A DNA stretch of 64,000 nucleotides from Salpingoeca rosetta (taxonomy: Eukaryota; Protista; Choanoflagellata): the NCBI GenBank assembly GCA_033442325.1, contig JAWQFM010000035.1:404597-468596 (forward strand). The letters are read 5' to 3'. Made by a program: the position numbers and the translations under genes. Under the pieces are notes generated by a model, which was given only the letters and a program-made list of their open reading frames with translations, was not told where the DNA came from and searched no databases. Of this stretch, positions 26,860 through 55,656 are shown piece by piece. The first letter of the stretch is position 1, and each line of letters starts with the position of its first letter.

Positions 26860-27123
26860 AAATACCAACCAATACCAACAACAAGCGCCTCCTCTGCCTC
26901 CGAAAAGTGATGGGTATCATAGACACTTTTCAGGAACCACGTTGCTTTGGCAGGCACGTTGTGGAACCTTACACTCACATCATCACCATCAGCATCACCA
27001 TCATCATCATCAGCGTCAGCGCACTCCTCAGACACGCATCACATCACAACACAGCACCGCCGACACACACATACTTTCCCACAAACGCTTCCACGCGATA
27101 GCATACAGACAGACACCACCGCT

Positions 27124-28260
27124 ATGGTTGGCTCGTACGATCTGCCGTATTGGAAGGGGTTTGTGGCGTCATCCCTGGGACCCGCAACAGCTGTGCTGTT
27201 CACAAACCCGTTTGAAGTGGCAAAGGTACACCAGCAGATGCACGGCGAGCTGTCGCAGACGCGCGCACGGCCGTCCCTCGCAACCGTCTTCAGGAACGTG
27301 TACACAAAGGGCGGCATCTCAGGTGTGCGCGTGTTGTGTGTGCGTGCCGTGCATACTATGTGTGGATTATGGTGCCGTGCACGAGCATTGTATGTGCTGT
27401 TCGTGTGCAAGTGTGCATGCATACACACATGTACATCCCATCCCCACTGTACGAGATCCCCCGTGTGTCTTGTATCGTTCTCACCACATATGTTCCCCAC
27501 GTTACCTCCTGTGCCCAAATTCCACCGCATGCCTATCTCTTCATCCCCCCCCCCTTTCCTCTCCAACGCAGGCTTGCAAGCGGGACTTTCGGCAGCCATT
27601 GCGAGGGAAGGCACCAAGAACATTTTTCGAATCGGCGCATACGAGCCAATCCTAGATGGCCTGAAGAAGCTACAAGGCGCAGACAAGGCCACCATCCCCA
27701 CACGCATTGTCGCCGGCGCTGCGAGCGGCATCCTCGCCTCGTACACATGCAACCCACTTGACCTCCTCAAGACGCGCATGCAGGCACGTGACCTCATTGG
27801 CCTGTCCGCCAACCACGGCCCCATCACCGAGGTGCGCGCGCTCATGAAGGAGGGCGGGGTGGCACGGCTATGGCGCGGAAGCCACGTCAGCGCCTTCAGA
27901 AGCGCGCTGGCAACCGGCACCAACCTGCCTGCATACACGGTGGTGAAGGAGTACCTGTTGCAGCAGCGCGGGCTGAAGGACGGGACCGTGGTGCATGTGA
28001 CATCGGCAATGCTGGCAGCGTTCTGCACGTGCGTGGCCAACAACCCTGTCGACGTGCTGCGGAGCCGGCTGTATAACCAGCAGGCGTCGCGCACACTGTA
28101 CACGTCCGCGTGGGACGCGTTTGTGAAGGTGCTTCGCATTGAGGGGCCCACCGCGTTCTACAAGGGGTTTTGGTCCCACTACATCCGCGCAGGGCCCCAC
28201 TACGTGCTGACGTTTGCCTTCCTGGAGAAGATTCGATACGTCATGCACAAGTACACGTGA
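27124..28260 (+). CDS. Mitochondrial carrier (SLC25), OAC1/SLC25A34-35-like, with one intron (about 27323-27570)
   Basis: Three PxD/ExxK/R signatures (NPFEVAK, NPLDLLKTRMQ, NPVDVLRSRLYNQ) and the C-terminal FYKGFWSHYIRAGPHYVLTFAFLE typical of the oxaloacetate-carrier subfamily. Confidence 0.9.
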   Translation: MVGSYDLPYWKGFVASSLGPATAVLFTNPFEVAKVHQQMHGELSQTRARPSLATVFRNVYTKGGISGVRVLCVRAVHTMCGLWCRARALYVLFVCKCACIHTCTSHPHCTRSPVCLVSFSPHMFPTLPPVPKFHRMPISSSPPPFLSNAGLQAGLSAAIAREGTKNIFRIGAYEPILDGLKKLQGADKATIPTRIVAGAASGILASYTCNPLDLLKTRMQARDLIGLSANHGPITEVRALMKEGGVARLWRGSHVSAFRSALATGTNLPAYTVVKEYLLQQRGLKDGTVVHVTSAMLAAFCTCVANNPVDVLRSRLYNQQASRTLYTSAWDAFVKVLRIEGPTAFYKGFWSHYIRAGPHYVLTFAFLEKIRYVMHKYT

Positions 28261-28920
28261 GGCGAGTGGCGACTGGCGAGTGACAGTTGGTGCTTGGTGA
28301 GTGGTGAGTGGTGGAGTGGGCGAGGGATTGCGTGGCGATTGGTAATTGGTGGCTGATTGAGTGGCAATTGGTGCGTGGTGAGTGGTGGCTGTTTGAGGTT
28401 GTGGACATGGAGCCTGTGACCGGTGACAGATGAGCATGTGGACATGGAGCATGTGATTGGTGATTGGTGATCGGTGGATGGTGAGTGGTGGATGGTGGAT
28501 GGTGATTGGTGAGTGGTGGTGATGAATGGTGGTGCAAACATAACCAATCAGCAAGTGACAGTGACTGACTATGATAGCTATTAGTGGAGGTGGGAGTGGG
28601 CATCAGTGTTCCTGCTGACGCACGTGTGCATGCACTCAGGTTGTGCACGTGTTAGATAGGAGCGTGTGTGGGGCGATGTGTGCAGAGGGAGGCGTGCATG
28701 TGCTTTTGCGTGAGGAGGTGGTGATGATGAGCGTTGTTGACCTGATACATAATTTAGCACGTGTGCGTTGCGTCACGTCATGTGACGACACTTTGTGTTC
28801 GTTCCTTCTCTGCCTTTCCTTTGATTTTGCTTCGTTTCGTTTCGTTTGCTATCAGGCTTGCATTGTTGTCACAGCTCCATTACAGACAGTAAACACACAT
28901 TGGGAGTTGAAACAGCCTTT

Positions 28921-28935
28921 GGATGATGCTGATGG

Positions 28936-28977
<42 letters not shown>

Positions 28978-29029
28978 CGATGATGATGATGATGATGATG
29001 ACGATGATGATGATGATGATGATGATGAT
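28921..29029. repeat. Intergenic (GAT)n microsatellite
   Basis: Directly visible between convergent 3' ends. Confidence 0.85.
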
Positions 29030-29299
29030 GGCAGGGTGTAACGCTGTATTTGACAGCAGCTGCACGGGAGTTGGGGACACAACACATCACAACAACAGCA
29101 CAAGAACAAAACCACCGGAGGAGCACATAAAGGGCAGATAGACAGAAACAACAGGAACACGTCCGCGCACGCTTGCAGTGAGTCACATGCGCACGGACAT
29201 ACACAGAGATCGACACATTCCACAACACAAGAGGGAAACCACCAAACGAACAGCACACACGCGCACACTGTGTACGTGTGCGTGCGTGTGTTCATGCAA

Positions 29300-32050
29300 T
29301 CACGGCTCTGCGGAGAGGGAGACGGTGACGAAGAGGTAGTGCGGTTTCTCCGTCAAGAGGTGCAGCTTCCGCCGACGGAAATCCGTTGGTTTCGCATAGC
29401 TGTGTGATAAGGAAGGTGAGTGAGTGCGTGAGTAAGTGAGGTGGTGGAGAGGAAACAAGCACAACTGGAGCGGGCCCACGAGGCATCTACACGAAGACAA
29501 ACAAGAACATCGAGGACAACAAGAACAACGACGAAGAACAAACAACACCAAGGACAAAGAACAAGAACAACAACGCCACGCAATATGCCCTGCCAGGTAA
29601 CTGCAGATTGCACAGCTCGTACATTTCGAGCGGGAAGGAGCCGTTCTTCAACTCGTCCTTCTCCAGAATACAGAAACATTTCACGCTGTTCTTGTGCTTC
29701 TTCGGTTTGTAGTGCTTGAACTCAAGGAAGATTGCGCAATCTGACACGAACACGGGCGGCGAATCAGTGAGTGAGTGTGTGTGTGTGTGTGTGTGAGTGA
29801 GTGTGTGTGTATATGTGTGTTTGTGTGTTTGCATGTGTGTGTGTGTGTGTTTGCATGTGTGTGTGTGTGTGTGCGTGTGCGTGCGTGGAAGAGCGGGAGC
29901 GAGCGCATGCAAGTGCACACGAGTGTGTGTGTGTTTCCACCTTCTGGCATGTCCTCGTACGCCATTGGCATCTCAACCGTCTGCAGGCGCAACAACACAA
30001 CAGCAGCAGTACATGTGTGAGCGCACACGGCAACCAAACTGCTCATCATGCACGTTTATGTGTACGTACACATGTGTTAGTGTGTATGTGTTCACATGAG
30101 GGTTCATGTCGGTGCGTGTGCGGTCATGCGTCCGCGTGTGTTCGCATGAGAGTGTGCGTGTGCATGTGCGTACGGTGTAGAAGTGGATAAAGTCGTCGCG
30201 CCTGTTGGTCGGCGGCGTGTCCTGCGATTCCGCCAAGTCCTTTCCATTCGTATCTGCAGCCCACGGCGGCGGCGGCGGTATGGATGGTGAAGATGGTGTG
30301 TGAGGTAAATGCGTGGTGGGTTCACATAGACAGGCAGACAGACAGAAAGGCAGGCAGGCAGGCAGGCAGACAGACAGACAGACAGACATACACACACACG
30401 CACACACACAGACAGGCAGACAGACAGACAGACATACACGCTCGCACACAGACACACAGACCCTTGATGGAGACGGTGAAGAATGGCTCGATGTACTGGG
30501 AGGGGTCCTTGAGCTTGATCTTGTCGATGCGGATGGTGATGTTCGTCTTCCCGGGGAACGACCGCCGCGGCAGCAGCGAGCCGCCCTTCACCAGCTCTGG
30601 TGATGTGCCATGCCATGCCATGGTGGTGGTGGTGGTGATGACGGTGATGCGTGTGGTGTGGTGTGATGTATGAGTGAGTGAGTGAGTTAGTGAGTGAGTG
30701 TGTGAGTGAGCGAGTGAGTTAATGTGCATGTGCGCATGTGTACATGTGTGTGTGCGTGAGTTAATGTGCATGTGTGCATGTGTGTGTGTGTGCGAGGCAC
30801 TGTGCGCAGGAGGTCGGCGACAACATCACAAACGATAACACCAACACGTGATCGTCACCTGCTGGCCCCTCCTCGTCCTCGTCCTCGTCGTCGTGAATCA
30901 CATCCGCAGCGGCACTCGTCTTGCTGCTCACACACGATGGTGACGGCAGTGGTGGTGATGAAATGGCGTGACATTGTGAGGCAAAGGTGATGCGAAGCGT
31001 GCGGGCAAGTTTGAACCGCTCATACCTACACACATAGACACACACACATACAGACAGACAGACACAGACAGACAGACACAGACAGACACAGACAGACAGA
31101 CAGACAGACAGACAGCCAGACAGACAGACAGACAGACAGACACACACACACACACACGGCACCTTGGCTCTGGGATGAGGTGCTTGAGTTCAGAGACTTC
31201 CTTCAGCGGGAAGAGCGGCACAGAGTCGGGGAGCTCCTTGAGCAGACTCACCACCTGCTTCATCTGGGGCAGCGTGATGCCCGTCGGCGCACCTGTGTGC
31301 AGACGCGCGTGTGGCAGGTGGCGGGAAGGGGGGGGGGGGTTGCAGAGGTGTGCATAGGGGATGATGGTGATGTGTGTGTGTGTGTGTGTGTGTAAGTGTG
31401 TGAGTGAGTGAGCAGGGCAGCCTGCTGTTATCTCGGAGGTTTGTAACGTCCATGTACGTGTTGGTGCAACAGAGAGCTCGTTCACAGACAAGCACAGGAG
31501 CAAGGACAGACAGACAGATACACGGAGATGCACACACATGCACACAGACACACACGTACAAAGACACACGTTCACAGACAAACAGACACGGACACACGTT
31601 TACACACCGCTGAGGTCCTGTGCTGCCTTGGCGCGGAGGCTGGCAGCCACGGCGGTCTTGTTGAGGAACTTGGCTTGCCCTTCGTTGAAGGGCATGTCCT
31701 GTGATGTGAGCGCTTTCTTGATGTCCGACGTCACCTGTACACATGACATGGCACGCAAAAGGGGAAAGAAAGTGAGAAGCATCAATCTGTGAGCTCTAAC
31801 GCAGGTGCGCGCAGTTGTATCGGGACAGCGTGGTCGATACATCTGCTGTTGCATCTGCTGTTTGTGCCGCTGCCGCTGAACCGCTCGCAAGCAGCACACT
31901 ACCCATCAAGCCCTTGGTTCACAACCCAAGGTATTCCATGCATCGCACCTTCTCGTATTCGTTGCAGGCCTCGAGGACCTGGCCCCACGAGTCAAACCCA
32001 CATGCACGATCCAGCGTATCGGACCATTGCGCAACCCTCAGCGCAGCCAT
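29300..32050 (-). CDS. AIDA: AIDA (axin interactor, dorsalization-associated) orthologue: Aida N-domain plus C2-type domain, about 9 exons
   Basis: [26 protein letters not shown]; [38 protein letters not shown]|[14 protein letters not shown]; [31 protein letters not shown]…LEM|[22 protein letters not shown]. These closely parallel vertebrate AIDA as I recall it. Confidence 0.92.
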
Positions 32051-32122
32051 CCTCTTCTCTGTTTGTGTGTGTGTGTGCTTGTGTGTGTGCTTGTGTGTGT
32101 ATGTGTGTGCTTGTGTGTGTGC

Positions 32123-32171
<49 letters not shown>

Positions 32172-32516
32172 CCTGTCTGTCAGTATCGTCCCTGTGTGTG
32201 GTGCGGAGACAGGCGTGGTGAAGCGTGAGTGCAGTTGATGACACTGCTTCCTGCTTCACGAGGAGCAACACAATACTACACAAAGACATCTCGTGGACAT
32301 GCAACAGGCAGACAGACACACAGACACACAGACACACACACACAGACACACACATATACACAGACACACACACACACACAGACACACACACACACACACA
32401 CCTCACAACCAAACAAACCTTCACTCGCTTGCCGAAAAACGAATTCCAAATGCGAAATCTAGCGATATTTTTAACTACTTTTCCTCACTCGCAGCCGCCC
32501 ACAGACAACAGCGAAG

Positions 32517-32916
32517 ATGTGGGTTTGACGATGGAACAGTGACGACCGCACTGCCGCTGTTCGTGCGGCTTGTGTGTGCGATGATGGGTGTCAGTGGCTC
32601 CGGGCGTCGGTGTGGGTTGGTCTTGGCTTCATTTGGCGTGCTCGTTAAGCCACCTGGTTTGCTTGTTTGGTTTGCTTGCTGGCTCACGCCGCCAACCATT
32701 GACCCTCCCTCTTGTCATGTTGTTGTAAGGCCTCGAGGTCGTTCTCGCAGCCGCTCGCCAGTGGGCAGGCGCAGCTACTCCAGGTCCAGGTCAAGGTGTG
32801 TACTGTCTTTGTGATGTTGGGGTTTGCTGTGCTTGTTGTGTGTGTGTTGTGTGTGTTGTGTGTGTTGTGTGTGTTGTGTGTTGTGTGTGTTGTGTGTGTT
32901 GTGTGTGTTGTGTGTG

Positions 32917-32979
<63 letters not shown>

Positions 32980-34867
32980 CTGTTTGTTGAATACGCATCA
33001 ACACTTTGGCGTGTGCGCATCGGAAGCCCCACCAAACTGCAAATGCTGGCTGGTTGTTCACCTGCTACTGCCTGTCTTATGCATGCACGCGCAACACGTG
33101 TCGTTCGTTGCATGGACGATACAGGAGCCCGGTGAGGCGTGGGCGCAGGTCCATCTCCAGGTCACCGCGCCGAGGCCGCCGCGACAGCTACGCCAATCGC
33201 CGCCGTCGCTCGTACTCCCGCTCCACATCCCGCTCTCGCTCCCCATCTCGCTCCATCTCCCGCTCCCGCTCGCGGTCGCGCACGCCGCCCCGCGTTGCCG
33301 AAGAGGTCGGTGTTGGACACGTGCCCCACCTCCTGCTCGTTGAGGATGCGTGCTTGTAGCCGCCGCGCTGTTGCTGCCTTGTGCCAGTGCTTTGCGAACT
33401 TGCCCATGCTGCGCTTGAACACAAAACGTGTTTGTGCTGTCCTTGCATGTCTCACAAGTCTCGCGATCGGGTGTGATTGCCGCCGCATCCACAGGCGAAG
33501 CGGAAGCTGTATGTGGGCAAGCTCACAGGCAACGTGAACTCAGAGCACCTCAAGGAGATCTTCTCCCTCTACGGCCGTGTCGTCAACATCGACATGCCAA
33601 CGGTACAATATTGCTCGCGTTAAGAAGAAGGCCCGGGGTGGAGGTGGAGAGGATGCGAGGGAGTGACCGAGGGCTGCACGCCTCCCACACATCCGGCCAT
33701 CTCCCGTCATCCACTCTCCGCTCTCCTCATGTTCCCACCACCGCTTCCCTCTCTCCCTCTCTCCCGTCACCATCTGCGCCAGAACCGGGGCGGGGGTTCG
33801 CGCCACTTTGCGTATGTTGAGTATGATGTGCCGGAGGATGCTGACAAGGCCCTGGAGCACATGGACGGCGGGCAGATTGATGGCCAGACCATCGAGGTCG
33901 AACACGTCAACATCAACAGGTGACGTTGGCCGTTGTGGTGCTGTGGTGCTGGTGCTGGTGTGTTCGTGTGTTTGGTGGTGGGCTAGACGTGTGTGTTTGC
34001 GTGCGTGCGCGCGTGCGTGCGCGACGTGTGCGTGTGTGTGTTTGTGTTTGTGTTTACTCGAATTCATTTTGCTGTTTGCATCCATTCCATGAACAGGCTG
34101 ATGCAACGCAGAGAGCGTCGAGGTGAGACGAAGACGGGCTGTGTGTGTGAGGGGGGGGGGAATTGCACATGCGCTGCGCTGCCAAAAGCCCAATAGCCCA
34201 CGGTCACCGCTCACAACCTGTACAACGCCCTCGCCCATCACATCACCATCATCATCACCATCATCGTCACCATCATGACCATGACCATCATCACCATCAT
34301 CGTCACCATCATGACCATCATCACCATCACCATCACCATCATCATCATCATCATCATCGTCATCATGACCATCATGACCATCACCATCATCAGGACCGAT
34401 TGGACGGCCGCGCCGGCGGTTCCGGTCGCGATCGCGATCGCCGTTCATGCGCCGCCGCCGCACCCCGCCACGCAGGTACGACCACACATGCACACATGCA
34501 CACATGCACACACATGCACACATGCACACATGTACACACATGCACACACATACGCATATGCACAGATACACACATGCACACACGTACCCATATGCACACA
34601 TGCGCATGGCAGTCGCTCACATCCCACTGATCTCTTCCTTGCCACCACGATGACGGCGGCTGTCACGCTTGTGCTGCACGTGTGTGTGTGTGTGTGTTTG
34701 TGTGTGTGTATGACAGGCGCTCACCACCACGCTACTCCTCCTCTCGTCGCACACCACCACGCCGCACACCACCGCGTCGCTCGCCACCGCGCCGCCGTCG
34801 TGGCTCATCATCGTCATCGTCATCCGCATCGTCGCGATCGCGCTCACGCTCTCCGCGCAGGCGCTAG
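32517..34867 (+). CDS. RNPS1: RNPS1-like SR/RRM splicing and exon-junction-complex-associated protein
   Basis: RS-rich N-terminus; RRM KLYVGKLTGNVNSEHLKEIFSLYGRVVNIDMPT|…HFAYVEYDVPEDADKALEHMDGGQIDGQTI with the RNPS1-type HMDGGQIDGQ; RRSPPR-rich tail. The start codon appears split by an intron (AT|gt…ag|G). Confidence 0.88.
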
Positions 34868-35448
34868 GCGGCACCGTGATGGCTGCACAGATTGCATGAT
34901 GATGACATTGTGACGGTTGATGGCTGCACAGTTGAGATGGTGACGGCTGTGATGGCTGATAGTTGTGATGCTCACGCTCGTGATGGGATGGATGATGATG
35001 GCTGAAGGAATGACATGGCGATGTCTGATGGCTGTGTGTGTGTGTGCGTGCTGTGTTCGTGGTGTCTGTGGTGGTTATTGTTGTCGCGTGTACGCTTCGG
35101 TTTTGTTGTGCAGCGTTGTGTCGTTGCCATGAGCAAGTGGCATGTGTTCATGTGCATGGCGACAATTGTGGCGTGCAGTGTGAAGTGAGTTGTATTGTGG
35201 TGTCGCTCTGTTTTGTGTACACCGCATGAGTGGCTGTTGCTTCTGTGCTGCCAAGTAAACAGCAGGGAGCATTACATGTATTGTATCGATTGCTTGTTAT
35301 TGTCATCATCACAGCGCGACAAGCACACATCAGCGCAGTCAACGAATAGAGAGAGGGGAAGAGGGCAAAGACCGTTAACAACAAAATGCCACCTCATGGG
35401 CCCAACTTACACAAAGCCTCAGCATCATCATAATACACACACGCACAT

Positions 35449-35528
<80 letters not shown>

Positions 35529-35537
35529 CATGCTGCG

Positions 35538-41789
<6,252 letters not shown>

Positions 41790-42145
41790 CGTCGTGCACT
41801 GCTGTGTGCGTTGGAAGGAAGCAAGCAAGGAAGGTGTGTTGTGTTGTTTGTGCTTTGTGTTTGTGCGTTCGCATGCATGCATTGATGACAGATAGAGGAA
41901 GATTTGCATAAACTTTCGGCAATCACCGGCAGTGTTTGACTGGATGACATGAAACTGCTTCTGCTTTGGTGCCGTTCAACTCTTTGTACTATAACGACGT
42001 GACGTTACACACGACAACGTACCAAAACACACGCACATATACACGCGCGCACACTCAAGCATGAAACGAAGCAAAAGACAGCGCTTTCTGGAACAGGGAA
42101 ATGAATCGACACACGCAGACACAGACATTGGACAAAACTTCCTCC

Positions 42146-42311
42146 TCACCAGTAGAAGGTCTTGGCCAGATAGCCTGAGACGCGTAAGTGCACGCACATG
42201 TGTGAGTGTGTGTGAGTGCGCGATCATGGTGAGAAAACCAAGCTGAGGCAACGACATACAGAACACTACAGCATAGCACAACACACACACACACACATCG
42301 CAGCACAGCAC

Positions 42312-42344
<33 letters not shown>

Positions 42345-42627
42345 CGCAGCACACAACTCCTCCTCCCCGTCCCCTGCCACACGAACCCACCACCGATAGC
42401 GCCGAGCCAGCCTGCGCCCTGCGTATCGCCCTGCTTTGTGATGGCGTGCTTGCCGACTTCGGGCTGAAACATATTCTCGTCGTCCTCATCGAGATACTCC
42501 GGCACAGGCGGGCGGGCACGGTCACCGTCCTAGCAATGGTGGTGATGGCGATGGCAGTGAGGTGATAATGACGGTGGTGACACGGCATAGTTGCAAAGGG
42601 AAACCCCAGCCAGAGCATATCCATCCA

Positions 42628-42673
<46 letters not shown>

Positions 42674-43045
42674 CGGCGTGTATGTGCAAGTACATCACAA
42701 CCCCCAACATGCATGCACACACATAAATTATGTATACCCATGGCCCACGTACGGCGTCGAGTTTGACTGGGGAAGAGCCAAAGGAGAGCATGACCTCCTG
42801 TCCAAGATCGTTGCGAACAACTTGGCGCGCAGTCATTGTCTTTGTCATGCCAATCGCCTCGCACAGCTCCTGCATGGCCAACGGGAGTGAGCCGGGTGGT
42901 TGGCAGCGTTGCATCGTGTGTTGTTTGTGAGCACGCCCGGCTTCAAGCACAACACAGCGCAGATGAACATGCTGCAACTGAATCGTTTAGCACACACGCG
43001 CGCGAAGCCACAGGCACATAGCATATGCAGACAAACAGCCAGCCA

Positions 43046-43101
<56 letters not shown>

Positions 43102-44224
43102 CGCACACATATAATCACACACATGCATATTGGTGCTCACCTCTGTCTTGACCCAATCGCGGACGCGGATGGTGACGCGTGCAGACCGCATATCAAAGGT
43201 GAAGCTGACAACGCCCTTGATGGCCAGCAATTCCTCCTCCACAGCGCGGCGCCCGTCAAGGTCGTTCATGCCCATCACCTGCAGCACCACCGTTCGCGCC
43301 ATGCGGGCTGTGTGTGTCTGCAGCATGTGTGGGCCGGGCGTCTGGATGGTTGACAGCGGCACGCGCGTGCTCTTCAGCGCGGGTTGCTGTTGCTTCTTTC
43401 CGCTCCCTTGTCGAATGACAGCCAGGACGCGTGACGCTGTCTCTGCAGTTGCCCCATCCTTGATTGATGTTCACATGTGTGTGTGTGTGTATGTGAGTAT
43501 GCGCATGAGGGAGAGAGAGAGTGTGTGTGTGTGCGCGCATGTGTATGTGTGTATGAGCGGGTGTGGCTGTGGGCGAGTGTGCTTGTGAGCGAGGGTGCTT
43601 GTGCACATGTGCAAGTGTCGCCAGTGTTGTTAGATATACTGTAGCGTGCTGTGGTAATGTATGTGCTTGATTATGGCGACACACCAAGCATCAGCTTGTT
43701 GGCTACCTGCTTGCTGATTGTTTTGAGGGAATCCACGAGGCCAAGCTCCGTCCGCATGCGCTTATGGTTGGATTCACACGTCGCCAACAGCTTCAGCGTC
43801 TACACAATTGTATGTATTGAAACAGCAACCACGATACAGCACATTGCAAGTGAGCGTCGTTTTGCATGGAGGCTGGCTGCTGCTATCGGGACTCTCGACC
43901 GTGGATCCCGAGGTCACAACTACATCGACACTGTCACAAAGGCACACTCACGTCCAACGCCGTCTGCACGACGCGTGTATCTGAGTTATCGAGAAAGAGC
44001 ACGAGGCCTGGCAGGCACCCACGATCCTGTGCGTATGTGTGTGTGTGTGTGTGGTTATGCGAATCGTGGTGGTGAGCAAGGAAAGGGTATCGTGTCCAAC
44101 GCAGCAAACTGCATGTACACTCATTCCACGTTCCACGTTCACCACGGACCTCGACGATGGTTGCTCTGTTGGTGGCGTCCTCTGCCAGTCGCTTCAGCGA
44201 CGACACAATCTCCAGTACGCTCAT
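42146..44224 (-). CDS. ARMC1: ARMC1 orthologue (armadillo repeat plus HMA-like domain), about 7 exons
   Basis: LKRLAEDATNRATIVE|DRGCLPGLVLFLDN; ARTVVLQVMGMNDLDGRRAVEEELLAIKGVVSFTFDM; TKTMTARQVVRND; PEYLDED; C-terminus GWLGAIG|YLAKTFYW* parallels the human end WLSTAANFLSRSFYW. Confidence 0.92.
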
Positions 44225-44228
44225 GACA

Positions 44229-44283
<55 letters not shown>

Positions 44284-44328
44284 CTGTGTTGTATCCGTTG
44301 GTGTCACTGTTTTTGAATTTCCCGGCGG

Positions 44329-44346
44329 AATGTCAAATTTGACATT
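44329..44346. promoter_or_regulatory. Perfect 18-bp palindrome AATGTCAAATTTGACATT in the divergent ARMC1 / RA-FHA-EF promoter
   Basis: Self-complementary sequence within a 333-bp head-to-head intergenic region. Confidence 0.45.
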
Positions 44347-44557
44347 TTCAACAGATCCGTTTATGTTTTCAAGTACTTTTCTGCAACCTCGATTTAGGCC
44401 AGCGAAAGCGAAGCAAGAAGCGAACAAGCGACGCCCAACAATACAGAACACCTTTTGTTGGAGTCGTGTTTGAGTGCAATCACACCGTGCCACAGCGTCA
44501 TCTCTCCTCCCTCTTTCCTGCGCCCCTCACCCCTCACCTACACAAAGCTCACCAAGA

Positions 44558-49349
<4,792 letters not shown>

Positions 49350-49637
49350 GCAATGGCACCTGCCGGTCATGCATATGTGCGCGTGCGTGCGTGTGTGTGT
49401 GTGGGGGGGGGGCGTAGTTTTAGTTTAGCAGGATGTGCTTTTGATCTTAGTCGCTTGTGGATGGCGCTTGTTGATTGCGTCTCTTGTTCTTCCTTCAGTT
49501 TAGGCATTGTTGCTTCTTCCTCTTGTGCTTCTTCTGGCGCATGTGCATTGTTATTGTACTCAGCCTGCACATCTCCTCCCACGTGCTGTTGATCGCCACT
49601 TCTTTTGTGCATTTCCGTGTCCATGCTTTATGTGGTC

Positions 49638-49671
<34 letters not shown>

Positions 49672-49675
49672 GTGT

Positions 49676-49709
<34 letters not shown>

Positions 49710-49973
49710 GTGTGTGTGAGGTTGGCATGTGAGTTGTGGTTTGCGTGTTTCTTGTTCTGGTACAGCAATAATCAACAGCAGACAGGGTGTTGTTTCATTC
49801 AGAGAAGCAAACAAAGCCTAACCAGCAAAATGCGAAGGACACGAAATCGAGGGGAGGGAACGCAAAGAACATGCAGGCTGGTGGACAGCTCGGCAGGCAG
49901 GTTGGCAGTAAGACAAGCAGGCAGAGCACAAAGACACACAGTACACACGCACACAGACACAGACACAGACACA

Positions 49974-50018
<45 letters not shown>

Positions 50019-50124
50019 ACTCATACGCATACGCGCACACACATACACACACACACAGTACACAAAGACACACATTAACGCACGCACGACTCGTTCATGT
50101 GTTCATGTCATGCCATTGCCGTGA

Positions 50125-55243
<5,119 letters not shown>

Positions 55244-55397
55244 CACGGGTCGTCGACTCTGTGGTGGTGAGAAGACGGCAGGGTGATGATGGTTGGTGAT
55301 GATGTGATGACGATTAGGGGTGGCTGTTGCTGTTTGTTGTGTGTTGTGTGTGTTTGAATCCGCCGCGCAATTTGCGTGAAATCATCGGCGGCGAGAT

Positions 55398-55431
55398 TGC
55401 CGAGTCAGCACATGGCTTTGCTGAGTCAGCA
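55398..55431. promoter_or_regulatory. Two tandem T-type Maf/AP-1-like elements (TGCCGAGTCAGCA 55398-55410; perfect TGCTGAGTCAGCA 55419-55431) in the ADCK/Ro60 divergent promoter
   Basis: Directly visible, with 21-bp spacing and an AT-rich flank. Function is inferred. Confidence 0.45.
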
Positions 55432-55656
55432 GTATTTTGTTTGTGTTGTTTGTAACAAGCAAGCAACAAGAAGGCAAGCGACTCAGTGCGGTGATGAAGC
55501 AAGCAAGCAAGAGACGGTGCAGTGGACGGCACTGCTTGCTCAGCTCCATTCATCCCTTCTTCCTTCCGGTGTTCGCTCGCCCGCACGTGATCTCAGCTTC
55601 CCTTCCTCTCGTCTTCTTCTCCTTCTCACTCCCTCCTGCCCAAACGATCAAGAATC

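Noticed and set aside
35123-35137. RFX X-box-like GTTGCCATGAGCAAG
   Set aside because: It is an imperfect match and lies between convergent 3' ends rather than at a promoter.
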